Source: an uncultured Dehalococcoidia bacterium
GTDB lineage: Bacteria > Chloroflexota > Dehalococcoidia > Lucifugimonadales > Australimonadaceae
NCBI GenBank assembly: GCA_964560025.1
Contig: CAZLKC010000002.1
Location: 109,443-173,442 of the forward strand
DNA: 64,000 bases
Direction: 5' to 3'
Shown here: in pieces, positions 7,884-16,616 of the stretch
Layout: each line of letters opens with the position of its first letter
How positions within the stretch are numbered: position 1 is the first letter of the stretch
Position numbers and translations under genes: made by a program
Notes under the pieces: generated by a model
Told to the model about the DNA's origin: nothing
Databases searched by the model: none
Seen by the model: only the letters and a program-made list of their open reading frames with translations

Positions 7884-10427
7884 CTACCCGCCGCTTCCTG
7901 CCCGCCAGCGGCGGAGGCGCAGGCTGTTGGTTACGACGGAGACGGAGCTGAGCGCCATCGCCATCGCCGCAAGCATCGGGTTGAGGAAGCCGCTCTCGCC
8001 CAGCGCCCAGCGCAGACCGGCGGGCACGCCGCCCTCGCCGAACGCCGCGTAGAGCACGCCCGCCGCCACCGGGATCAGCAAGATGTTGTAGCCGAACGCC
8101 CATCCAAGGTTCTGGCGCACCACCCGCACCGTCGCCCTCGACAGTTCGATGGCCGCCGGGACGCCGCGCAGATCGGACTTCATCAGCGCGATGTCCGCCG
8201 CCTCCAACGCCGCGTCCGTCCCCGTGCCCACGGCGATTCCCACGTCCGCCTGCGTGAGCGCGGGCGCGTCGTTCACGCCGTCGCCGACCATAATCACGCG
8301 TCTGCCCGCCTCTTGGAGGCCGCGCACCGCCATAGCCTTGTCGCCGGGCAGCACGTTGGCGAAGACGCGGCGGATGCCGAGTTGCTGGGCGACCGCCTCG
8401 GCGGCCGTCTCGTTGTCGCCGGTGAGCATCACCACCTCGACGCCGAGCGCGTCGAGGCGCTCCACCGCCTCCCGCGCCTCCTCCCGCGCCGCGTCCGCGA
8501 CGGCGAGCAGGCCGATGACCAGATGCCCCCTGACGACGACCATCGGCGTCTTGCCCTGCGAGGCGAGCAAGCGCGCGGCGCTCAGCGTCGCCGCGTCCAT
8601 CTCCACGCCCGCGCTCTGCGCCATCTTGACGCTGCCCACCGCCACCCAGTCCTCGCCGACACGCGCCCGCACGCCCAAGCCGGGCGCTGACTGGAATCCG
8701 CTCGACTCCTCCGGCGCGTAGCCGCGCCGCGCCGCGCCGTCCACCACGGCCGCCGCGATGGGGTGCTCGCTCAGCCGCTCGACCGCCGCCGCCAAGCGCA
8801 GCACCTCCGCCTCCGTAACGCCGTCGCCGTGGGGCAGCGCGTCGGTCAGCACCGGCTTGCCGCGCGTGAGCGTGCCCGTCTTGTCCAGCACCACCACGTC
8901 GGCCTTGTGCGCCGCCTCCAGCGCCGCTCCACGGCGGATGAGGACGCCGTGCTCCGCGCCCCGCCCCGTGCCGACCATGATGGCCGTGGGCGTCGCCAGC
9001 CCGAGTGCGCACGGGCACGCGATGATGAGCACGGCGACGACGTTCAGCATGGCGAAGCGGTAGGCCGGTTCCGGCCCGACGGCCAGCCACACCGCCAGCG
9101 TCAGCAGCGCCGCGGCCAACACCGCCGGAACGAAGTAGGCGGCCACCTTGTCGACCAGGCGCTGGATGGGCACCTGGGAGCCCTGCGCCTCCTGCACCAA
9201 GCGGATGATCTGCCCCAAGGCGGCGTCGCTGCCCACCCTCGCGGCGCGCAGGCTGAGGCTGCCCGTCTGGTTCAGCGTTCCGCCGTAGACCTGGGCGCCG
9301 GGCAGTTTGTCGACGGGCATGCTCTCGCCCGTCAGCATCGACTCGTCCACGGCGGACGCGCCCCCGGTCACCTCTCCGTCGGCAGGGATGCGCTCGCCAG
9401 GCCGCACCACCACCTCGTCCCCCACGACCACCTCGCCGATGGCTACGTCGTAGGTCTCGCCGCCGCGTACGACGCGAGCGGTGCGCGGTTGCAGCCCGGC
9501 GAGCGCTCTGATGGACGAGGCTGCTTGCGCTTTGGCGCGCGCCTCCAACAAGCGCCCCAGCAGCACCAGGGCGATGATGGCCGCCGATGTGTCGAAGTAA
9601 GTGTGGGAGCCGAGGTCGAACACCTCGCCGAAAGCGGTTGCGAACGCGCTGTAGCCGTAGGCGGAGCTCGTTCCCAACGCGATGAGCGTGTTCATATCGG
9701 ACGAGCGGCGCTTGAGCGCGCTCCACGCGCCCGCGTAGAACTGCCGTCCCGCCCAGAACTGCGCCGGAGTCGCCAGCGCCCACGCGGCGAGGTTGACCCC
9801 CAACGCGCCCAGCGCGCGCTCGGCGCCGGGCGCGAACATCAGCGCCATAATCAGCACGGCGGCGGCGCCGCTCACCGCCAAGCGCCCGCGCAAGCGGCGT
9901 ATCTCGTCCGTCCGCGAGAGGCGGTCGAGGTCGTCGCCGCCCGACTCGCGCAGCGCCGTAACCGTGAACCCGGCCGCCTCCGCCGCTCGGCCCAGCGCGT
10001 CGAGCGTCGCGCCGCCCCGCACGAAGCGCACGCTCGCCTCGTCCGTAGCGGCGTTGGCGACGGCGTCCACCACGCCGTCCGCCGCGCGCAGCGCCGCCTC
10101 CAACGCGCGCGCACGCGCCGTGTCCAGCGGCCCCTGCACGCTGATAGCCGCCTCGGCGGCGGCGGCGCGATAGCCCGCCGAGTGGATGGCGCGCACGAGC
10201 GGGTCCACTCCGCCGCTGAACGTCACCAGCGCCGTCTCGCTGGCGAGGTTCACCTCGGCGCCGCTGACGCCCGGCACGCGCTCCAACGCGCCGCGCACCG
10301 TCGTTACGCAGGTGGCGCAGGTCATCCCTTCGATGGGCAGGGCGACCTGGCGCTGCCCGCCGCCAACGGCGGCGGGTCGGTCGCTGGATTGGCGGGGATT
10401 CGCGCTCATAGGCGGCGATTGCGGCAC
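7884..10427 (-). CDS. copA: Copper-translocating P1B-type ATPase
   Basis: N-terminal HMA with GMTCATC, CPC in TM6 ([11 protein letters not shown]), [20 protein letters not shown]. The second HMA-like fold lacks CxxC. Confidence 0.92.
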   Translation of the reverse strand: MPQSPPMSANPRQSSDRPAAVGGGQRQVALPIEGMTCATCVTTVRGALERVPGVSGAEVNLASETALVTFSGGVDPLVRAIHSAGYRAAAAEAAISVQGPLDTARARALEAALRAADGVVDAVANAATDEASVRFVRGGATLDALGRAAEAAGFTVTALRESGGDDLDRLSRTDEIRRLRGRLAVSGAAAVLIMALMFAPGAERALGALGVNLAAWALATPAQFWAGRQFYAGAWSALKRRSSDMNTLIALGTSSAYGYSAFATAFGEVFDLGSHTYFDTSAAIIALVLLGRLLEARAKAQAASSIRALAGLQPRTARVVRGGETYDVAIGEVVVGDEVVVRPGERIPADGEVTGGASAVDESMLTGESMPVDKLPGAQVYGGTLNQTGSLSLRAARVGSDAALGQIIRLVQEAQGSQVPIQRLVDKVAAYFVPAVLAAALLTLAVWLAVGPEPAYRFAMLNVVAVLIIACPCALGLATPTAIMVGTGRGAEHGVLIRRGAALEAAHKADVVVLDKTGTLTRGKPVLTDALPHGDGVTEAEVLRLAAAVERLSEHPIAAAVVDGAARRGYAPEESSGFQSAPGLGVRARVGEDWVAVGSVKMAQSAGVEMDAATLSAARLLASQGKTPMVVVRGHLVIGLLAVADAAREEAREAVERLDALGVEVVMLTGDNETAAEAVAQQLGIRRVFANVLPGDKAMAVRGLQEAGRRVIMVGDGVNDAPALTQADVGIAVGTGTDAALEAADIALMKSDLRGVPAAIELSRATVRVVRQNLGWAFGYNILLIPVAAGVLYAAFGEGGVPAGLRWALGESGFLNPMLAAMAMALSSVSVVTNSLRLRRWRAGSGG

Positions 10428-10577
10428 GGCGAGCGGGCGCGGTGGCAGAGGCGCTCGCGCACCGGACGAGTCTATCCTACGCGCGGGCCGCAGGCGCGGC
10501 TATACTCAGCGCGTGAAGCCTACCGCTACTTCGCAGCGCGCGCGTACGCCCGCGATGGGCGCGCTCCCTAGCGCAGC

Positions 10578-10781
10578 GTGAGCGCCTTTACGCAATCGAC
10601 GACGGCCATCGGCCTCGCTATGGGCCTCGGCCTGATCGCGGCGGGGCTGCTGGCGATGAGTCTCGTGCTGGGCGCCGGTATGCCGTTGCTGGCCGGGCTC
10701 GCCCTGCTCGCCGTCCTCGACGCCGCGGTCCTGGCCGGCGGCTATCTGCTGGTGCGGCGGGCGGTTCGGCCCCGGCGCTAG
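10578..10781 (+). CDS. Small hydrophobic protein (two predicted TM helices), function unknown
   Basis: GTG-initiated 67-aa ORF made almost entirely of Ala/Leu/Gly hydrophobic stretches with a basic C-terminus. Weak support. Confidence 0.35.
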   Translation: MSAFTQSTTAIGLAMGLGLIAAGLLAMSLVLGAGMPLLAGLALLAVLDAAVLAGGYLLVRRAVRPRR

Positions 10782-10785
10782 CGCG

Positions 10786-11364
10786 CTACAGCGGCATTCC
10801 CCAGATGGGATACCACTCCTTCGCCTTCTTCTCCGTCGGCAACTCTTTGCGCAGCGCCTTTTCCATCCGCGACTCGAGGGCGTGGTCGCGTTGCTGGTCG
10901 CCTGGCGAGCCAACGGGCGCAAAAGGCGTGTAGCGGTTCAAGCGGCGTTGGAATATCCAATACTGGCGCGCCTGTTGCCAAGTGAACGGGAAGACGGCGG
11001 CGATGATGCGCGGACCCAGCGACGCCTCCTCCAACACGCGGCAGGCTACCTCCGCGTCGCGCGCGAGGCCTTTGAGTGCGTCGCCGCGCACCAGCAGCCA
11101 CTGCATCTCCATGTCGTCGTCCGCTACGTCGAACCGCAGCCACGAGGTAGCGGAGGTGGAGCGCAGCAACTCCTCCAACTGCGCGCGAGCCGATTCGGGC
11201 GACTGCGCGCTGTCGGGCCGCACGACGATGCCGACGCGCCCTGCGTGGAAGGTCTCCAACTGTCCCTCCAAGCGCGGCGCCGCCTCGCCCATCGCCCGCA
11301 AACCCGCCGCCCACGGGTCTTCCCGCTGCGGCTGCGGCGCGGAGAAGAGAGACAGGGGGAGCAT
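10786..11364 (-). CDS. Hypothetical protein (192 aa), no recognisable domain
   Basis: Non-repetitive, protein-like composition. Co-directional with htpX and 110 nt downstream of it. Tail reads EWYPIWGMPL. Confidence 0.5.
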   Translation of the reverse strand: MLPLSLFSAPQPQREDPWAAGLRAMGEAAPRLEGQLETFHAGRVGIVVRPDSAQSPESARAQLEELLRSTSATSWLRFDVADDDMEMQWLLVRGDALKGLARDAEVACRVLEEASLGPRIIAAVFPFTWQQARQYWIFQRRLNRYTPFAPVGSPGDQQRDHALESRMEKALRKELPTEKKAKEWYPIWGMPL

Positions 11365-11473
11365 AAAGGCTAAGCCTGCCCCTGCCTGGCTAGGCTAGCC
11401 CCAAGCGCGTAGTCGGTTCGCTCGCTCATACGCCCACTCCTCTACGTGGTGGACACGCTCTAGCGCTCGCTCA

Positions 11474-12379
11474 TTATCCCAGCGCCACTTCGCGCTCCAG
11501 TTCGCGCAGTTGGGCGATGCGGCGCTCGGTGTTGGGGTGCGTCGAGAAGAGGTTGGCCAAGCCGTCCGCGACGGCGGGCATGATGAAGAAGGCGCTCATC
11601 GACTCCACCCTGCGCAGGTCGTCCTTGGGGATGCGGTTCACGGCGCCGTCGATGCGCTGCAAGGCGGAGGCGAGGTCTTGCGGGCGGCCGGTGAGGAACG
11701 CCGCGCCTCGGTCGGCGGAGAACTCGCGGTAGCGCGAGAGCGCCGCGATGAGGATCTGGCTGACGAGCCAGACGACCAGCGTAACCAGCAAGGCGATGAG
11801 CGCGGCGTTGCCCTCGCTGTTGCGCCGCCCCCCGAAGCCGCCGAACAGGCCCATCCAGAAGAAGAACGTCATCAGCGTGGAGGCGACGACGGCGAAGAAG
11901 GAGGCGTAGGTCATCACCTGCACGTCGCGCGTGCGGATGTGGCTTATCTCGTGGGCGAGCACGCCCTCCAACTCGCGCTTGTTCAGGACGTTCAGCAGTC
12001 CGGCGGTTACGCACACCGCCGCCTGGCGCTGATTGCGCCCGGTGGCGAAGGCGTTGGGGACGTGCATGTCCGACACGGCGACGCGGGGTTTGGGGATGCC
12101 CGCGGCGGCGGAGAGGCGGTCGATCATCGCGTGCAGTTCGGGCGCCTCGTCCGGCGTGACCACCTTCGCCCGCATCAGCGTGAGCACCATGCGGTCGGAG
12201 AACCAGAACTGGAAGAGCACCATCAGGCTGGCGAGGACGAGCATGAGCACGGCGCTCGCGCCCAGGTTCCACAGGATGGTCAGGAAGACGCCGTAGACGC
12301 CGCCAAGCAGCAGCATCGTCAGCAGCATGCGCGCCTGGAGCGAGCGGTCGGTCGGAATGCGCCGTGGAACGCCGATCAT
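11474..12379 (-). CDS. htpX: Zinc metalloprotease HtpX (M48 family)
   Basis: HEISH zinc motif (VLAHEISHIRTRD), N-terminal TM helices, downstream EFSADRGAA. Confidence 0.9.
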   Translation of the reverse strand: MIGVPRRIPTDRSLQARMLLTMLLLGGVYGVFLTILWNLGASAVLMLVLASLMVLFQFWFSDRMVLTLMRAKVVTPDEAPELHAMIDRLSAAAGIPKPRVAVSDMHVPNAFATGRNQRQAAVCVTAGLLNVLNKRELEGVLAHEISHIRTRDVQVMTYASFFAVVASTLMTFFFWMGLFGGFGGRRNSEGNAALIALLVTLVVWLVSQILIAALSRYREFSADRGAAFLTGRPQDLASALQRIDGAVNRIPKDDLRRVESMSAFFIMPAVADGLANLFSTHPNTERRIAQLRELEREVALG

Positions 12380-12456
12380 CGTCTTGCCTCGCCTCGCCTG
12401 CGGAGCGCCGTCCCTCGCGCGCCCCTGTGCATCATACCGCTCGCGGCGCCCACGCG

Positions 12457-13707
12457 TCAGCCGAGCAGTTCGCGCCTAGCGTCGGCGAACGCGGGCATCG
12501 CGCCCTCCAGCACGCTCTCCTCCATGCAGAAGGAGACGCGAAAGTAGCCCGGCATCCCGAAGCCGCGCCCGGGGACGACTAGCACGCCCCGCTCCATCAG
12601 CGCGTTCACCAGACGCATCTCATCGGGCACGGGCGACTTAGGGAAGGCGTAGAAGGCGCCCTGCGGCTTGACCAATTCGTAGCCCGCGCCGGTCAGCCCC
12701 TCGTGCACCAGGTCGCGCTTGCGTTGGTAGCCGCCGGTGTCGACGGCAACGCCTTGGAGAACGGCGGCGGCGCGCTGCATCAGGGCGGGCGCGTTGACGA
12801 AGCCCAGCACGCGGTTGGCGAAGATCATCGCGTCCACCGCCAACGCTGCGTCGGGCATCAGCGGACTGACCGCCGCGAATCCGATGCGTTCGCCGGGCAG
12901 CGCCAGGTCTTTGGAGTGGGAGGTGGCGGTGATGACGTGCGGATAGTGCGCTTGCGGGTAGGGCGCGGCTACGCCGTCGAAGACGATGTGGCGGTAGGGC
13001 TCGTCGCTGACGATGGCGATCTCCGTCCCGTGCCGCGCGCCCTCGCGCTCCAGCGCCTCCGCTACCGTGCGGATGACGGCCTCGGGGTAGACCACGCCGC
13101 TAGGGTTGTTCGGCGAATTGAGCAGCAGCGCCTTGGTGCGCGGCGTAATCTTGGCGGGCAGCTCGTCCAGGTCGGGCATAAATCCGTCGCCGCAGTCGAC
13201 GAGCACAGGCGCCGCGCCGTGGTTGCGTGGGTAGAACAGATACTCGGCGAAGTAGGGAGTGAGGACGAGCACCTCGTCGCCTGGGTCGCACAGCGCCCTC
13301 AAGGCGCAGTTGAGGGCGCCCGCCGCGCCGACGGTCATAACGACGTGCTCAGCCCCGTAAGGCAGGCCCGTCTCGGCGGCGAGCGTCCGGGCGACGGCGG
13401 CGCGCGTCTCGGGGTAGCCCGCGTTGGGCATGTAGCGGTGCGCGCCGGGCGCGGGGTCGGCGGCCAAGCGCCGCAACTCCGCCTTGAACTGCTCCGGCGG
13501 CTCCATCACCGGGTTGCCTAGGGAGAGGTCGAAGACGTTCTCTGCGCCGAGCGTGCGCCGCAGCTCCGCGCCCGCCTCGAACATCCGGCGGATCCACGAC
13601 GAGCCCTCCAAGTCGCGCCTGATGCCCTCGGCGACGCCCATAGCCGCAAGCATAGCAGGCCGCGCCCAGGCACCCGAACACTCCTTTGCTAGAATGGGCG
13701 TGGCCAA
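12457..13707 (-). CDS. Class I/II PLP-dependent aminotransferase (aspartate/aromatic-type)
   Basis: LSLGNP, NSPNNPSG and the SHSKDLALPGERIG (PLP lysine) motifs. The true start is probably the ATG at 13653 or 13641, because a divergent promoter and SD for the next gene lie within 13687-13722. Confidence 0.85.
   Translation of the reverse strand: MATPILAKECSGAWARPAMLAAMGVAEGIRRDLEGSSWIRRMFEAGAELRRTLGAENVFDLSLGNPVMEPPEQFKAELRRLAADPAPGAHRYMPNAGYPETRAAVARTLAAETGLPYGAEHVVMTVGAAGALNCALRALCDPGDEVLVLTPYFAEYLFYPRNHGAAPVLVDCGDGFMPDLDELPAKITPRTKALLLNSPNNPSGVVYPEAVIRTVAEALEREGARHGTEIAIVSDEPYRHIVFDGVAAPYPQAHYPHVITATSHSKDLALPGERIGFAAVSPLMPDAALAVDAMIFANRVLGFVNAPALMQRAAAVLQGVAVDTGGYQRKRDLVHEGLTGAGYELVKPQGAFYAFPKSPVPDEMRLVNALMERGVLVVPGRGFGMPGYFRVSFCMEESVLEGAMPAFADARRELLG
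13687..13695 (+). promoter_or_regulatory. Extended -10 promoter element TGCTAGAAT
   Basis: TGn + TAGAAT at 13687-13695. AGGAGG at 13710-13715 lies 7 nt before GTG 13723. Confidence 0.4.
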
Positions 13708-13722
13708 TCAGGAGGAGCAAGC

Positions 13723-13968
13723 GTGGCGACGCAGATGGGACAGAAGCTCGCCTACGGCGACCAAGGCCCGCACTTCATGGTTACGCGTGGGGCGGAGGTG
13801 GAACTCGCCTACGCGCCCGACGGCGAGGGATTCACGCTAGGCAAGCGCTACGCGGCGGAGGCGTCGGGCGTGACGGTGCTCTGCACGAAGGCAGGGCCGG
13901 GGCAACTCTCGGCCAACGGGGAGCCGTTGGCGCTGCTGGCGCAGAAGCCGCTGCCGTCGTCGGATTAG
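13723..13968 (+). CDS. Small hypothetical protein (81 aa) with an internal duplication
   Basis: Strong SD. Two related half-sequences (FMVTRGAEVEL and VLCTKAGPGQL). C-terminal KPLPSSD. Confidence 0.55.
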   Translation: MATQMGQKLAYGDQGPHFMVTRGAEVELAYAPDGEGFTLGKRYAAEASGVTVLCTKAGPGQLSANGEPLALLAQKPLPSSD

Positions 13969-13975
13969 GTGCGCC

Positions 13976-15187
13976 TTACCCTTCCCGGGCATCGTCCGCA
14001 TCGTCATCCGGGGCGTCGTCGTCATCGCCATCCACCGCGTCCTTGATGGCGGGCACGCCGCGCGTCTCCCTGATAGCGACCTCAACCGGGTCGCGTGTCG
14101 CGAAAGGCTCCGCGTCCACTGATGCCAGTTGCGCGAACCGGCGGCCCTGAGGCGCCACTTGCCTTTCATACGAACCGATGGACTGGTTGTAGGTCTTCAC
14201 TGCCGACTCCAGCCGCTCCCCAACTCGCCAGTAGTGTCCCATAAAGACCTCGATTCGTTTGTACAGTTCCTGGGCTGCTTGGCGTACCTTCTCGGCGTTC
14301 TCGCTGAAGTTGTGGCGTTGCCATCCGTGCTGAACAGTCCAAAGCAGTGAGATGAGGGAGGCAGGAGTGGCGATGGCGACATGCTTGTCCATAGCGTATT
14401 CGACAAGATTGGGGTTGGCGCTGAGCGCCGCAGCGAGGAACTGGTCGCCCGGAACAAACATCACGACGAAGTCAAGGGAGTTGCGGGTAGTTGCGCCGTA
14501 GCGCTTCCGGTTCAGTTCATCCACCTGTCGCTTGAGGGCGCCGGCGTGGCGCTGCATGGCGGCATCGCGGGCATCCTCGGTCTGTGCCTCGTGGGCCTCA
14601 AGGTAGGCGGCAATGGAGGCTTTAGCGTCAACGACGATGACGCTGTTTTCGGGAAGGCGGACGACGAGGTCGGGGCGCTCACCAGAGTCGACTACCTTCT
14701 GCTCGGCGAAGTCGCAGTAGTCGACCATTTCGGCGAGTTCGACGATGCGACGGAGTTGGATCTCGCCCCAATGTCCGGCTTGGCGGTTGTCCCTGAGGGC
14801 GCTGGAGAGCTTGCCGGTCTCTCGGACGATGTCGCGGTTCTGGTTCATCAGCAACTCGATGGTGGGATTGAGTTTGACGTAGTTCTCCGATAGGGGCTTG
14901 ACCAGCTCTTGGAATTGGGTGTGGCGCTTCTCGAATTCGCCCCTGGCCTCGGCCAGCGTCTTGCCGAGGTTCTCGTTGGCGGCGGTGAGGAACTGCCGGT
15001 TGTTGGCCTGGAGGGCATCGGAGGCCATCGCCTTGAAGGCGTCGCCCATCTGCTGTTTGGCGTCGCCCGCAGCGTCGATGCGGGCCTCGACGACGGCGAC
15101 GCGCGCTTTGGCGCGCTGCTCCTGAATGAGCCAACAGGCAAGCCCGCCGACGATGATGCCTACGATGAGGGCGACAATCCATTCCAT
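13976..15187 (-). CDS. rmuC: DNA recombination protein RmuC
   Basis: N-terminal TM helix (MEWIVALIVGIIVGGLA), coiled-coil region, RmuC nuclease-like C-terminal domain, acidic tail. Start at ATG 15187 with AGGAG upstream. The ORF track extends to 15619. Confidence 0.85.
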   Translation of the reverse strand: MEWIVALIVGIIVGGLACWLIQEQRAKARVAVVEARIDAAGDAKQQMGDAFKAMASDALQANNRQFLTAANENLGKTLAEARGEFEKRHTQFQELVKPLSENYVKLNPTIELLMNQNRDIVRETGKLSSALRDNRQAGHWGEIQLRRIVELAEMVDYCDFAEQKVVDSGERPDLVVRLPENSVIVVDAKASIAAYLEAHEAQTEDARDAAMQRHAGALKRQVDELNRKRYGATTRNSLDFVVMFVPGDQFLAAALSANPNLVEYAMDKHVAIATPASLISLLWTVQHGWQRHNFSENAEKVRQAAQELYKRIEVFMGHYWRVGERLESAVKTYNQSIGSYERQVAPQGRRFAQLASVDAEPFATRDPVEVAIRETRGVPAIKDAVDGDDDDAPDDDADDAREG

Positions 15188-15295
15188 GTGGTCTGCTCCT
15201 AATCCGCCGCCGTTAGCGGCGCGCCGCGCCTTTAGCATAGCGGCGCGCGCCAAATGCCGCTTGGTTCGTCCAGTGGGGTTAGCTATGCTCCGTCT

Positions 15296-16139
15296 ATGAT
15301 TAGGCTCTTGCGCGGCGCTTGGTGCGGGGAGTTGGCGCAGGTCGCCGCCGCGGCTGAAGAAGCGGTGCCGATCGCCTCTCCCTATATCAAGGAGCGGGAA
15401 GAGGTTTGACTCCGCGGCCAACTGCGTCCGAGGCTTGCCGTTACTACGCTGACCAATGTCAACGTGGCGGCCATCAGCAGCGCTGCGTTGGATGCGAGGG
15501 CATTGCGTCGCCTCGCGGAGGCGTCGCCCTTCGCGCGCCTCAATTGCGCTGTCTATGCTGCATGCCAAGGTGTTCGTAGCGGACGACAAGGCGGCCATCG
15601 TTACGTCCGGCAACCTCACCAGGTCGGCCTTGGATTACAACATCGAGTACGGCGTGCTGCTCCAGGAACAGGCGCTAGTGCGGACGGACAGGGACGACAT
15701 GCTCGCCTTCGCGCGGCTAGGCAGCCTCGTTCCATCGGCCACCATCGACCGTATCGGTCCGCTGGAGCGCGGTCTGCGTGAGGCTCGAGCCAAAGCGGAC
15801 GGGGACGCGCTGCCCGCCGTACGGCGCGAACTGGCGGAGGCGATGCGGGAGGCGCGCCCTGAGCTCGTCGCCGCACAGGTCGGCGGGCAAACCAAGCACG
15901 CGGTGTTCGGTGAGGCTACCCAGTTCGTACTGGCGCAGGGGCCGCTGCTCACCGCCGACATCCATGAGCAGGTGAGCGCGCTCTTGTCCGACCTATGGGA
16001 CGACGCCAAGCCCCTCACTATCAACGGCCAGACCTTCGGGAAGGCATGGAAACACGACGTTCGCAACGCCGGACTGGGCCTCAGGCGCAGAAGCGCCATC
16101 GCCCTAGACCGAGACACGGGCTTGTGGTCGCTTGCCTGA
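15296..16139 (+). pseudogene. Disrupted PLD/HKD-family nuclease-like gene with C-terminal winged-helix-like domain
   Basis: HKD motif LHAKVFVADDKAAIVTSGNLT. The N-terminal part (MIRLLRG...ASPYIKEREEV) is in another frame. In-frame TGA at 15407-15409, and a +1 frameshift is needed near 15533-15541. Confidence 0.6.
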
Positions 16140-16168
16140 TTCGCCCCGGCCGATAGCCGACTCTTCCC

Positions 16169-16606
16169 CTACCTTTCCCCCTCCACCACGGCGATGCCGT
16201 AGTAGGAGTCATGGGAGAGGACGCGGGCGAGCGACTCCTCGGAGATGTGGCGCGGGCGCGGGGAGGAGGCCCACAGGTCGGTGATTCTGTCGTGGATCGC
16301 ACTCAGCGGCAGGCTGTCGTTCGGGGCGCTCAGCAGCAGGCGGAACGCCGCCTCCAGCACTGGCGCTTGAGAGGGAATGTAGTCGGGGTCGTTCGAGCAG
16401 TTCCGCCGCGCCAGGCTGCGGAGCTGCTTGAAGCTCATCTTCCGCAGCGCCTCGGGGCTCTTCGCCTTCTGTAGGGCTTGGGTGCAGAGCCGTTCCGCGA
16501 CGATGGTGTTCACCGAACGTCCCTGCGCCTCGATCAGGTCGGGACGGATGGCGTAGGAGGGTTGCTTGGTCTCGGTCTTGGCGGGCGGGGCTGCTTGAGT
16601 GGTCAT
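16169..16606 (-). CDS. Hypothetical protein (145 aa)
   Basis: ATG-initiated ORF convergent with the HKD pseudogene. Protein-like composition, no recognised motif. Confidence 0.5.
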   Translation of the reverse strand: MTTQAAPPAKTETKQPSYAIRPDLIEAQGRSVNTIVAERLCTQALQKAKSPEALRKMSFKQLRSLARRNCSNDPDYIPSQAPVLEAAFRLLLSAPNDSLPLSAIHDRITDLWASSPRPRHISEESLARVLSHDSYYGIAVVEGER

Positions 16607-16616
16607 AGGTTCTCTC

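Noticed and set aside
7600-9783. Very long ORFs overlapping or antisense to confident genes. Examples: 7600-9783(-), 8763-10571(+), 1050-2228(+), 26170-27765(-), 45298-47106(-), 58757-60508(+) and 35637-36746(+).
   Set aside because: Their translations are Arg/Gly/Ala/Pro-rich and low in complexity, as is typical of off-frame reading in GC-rich DNA. Each overlaps a gene with unmistakable family motifs in another frame or strand.
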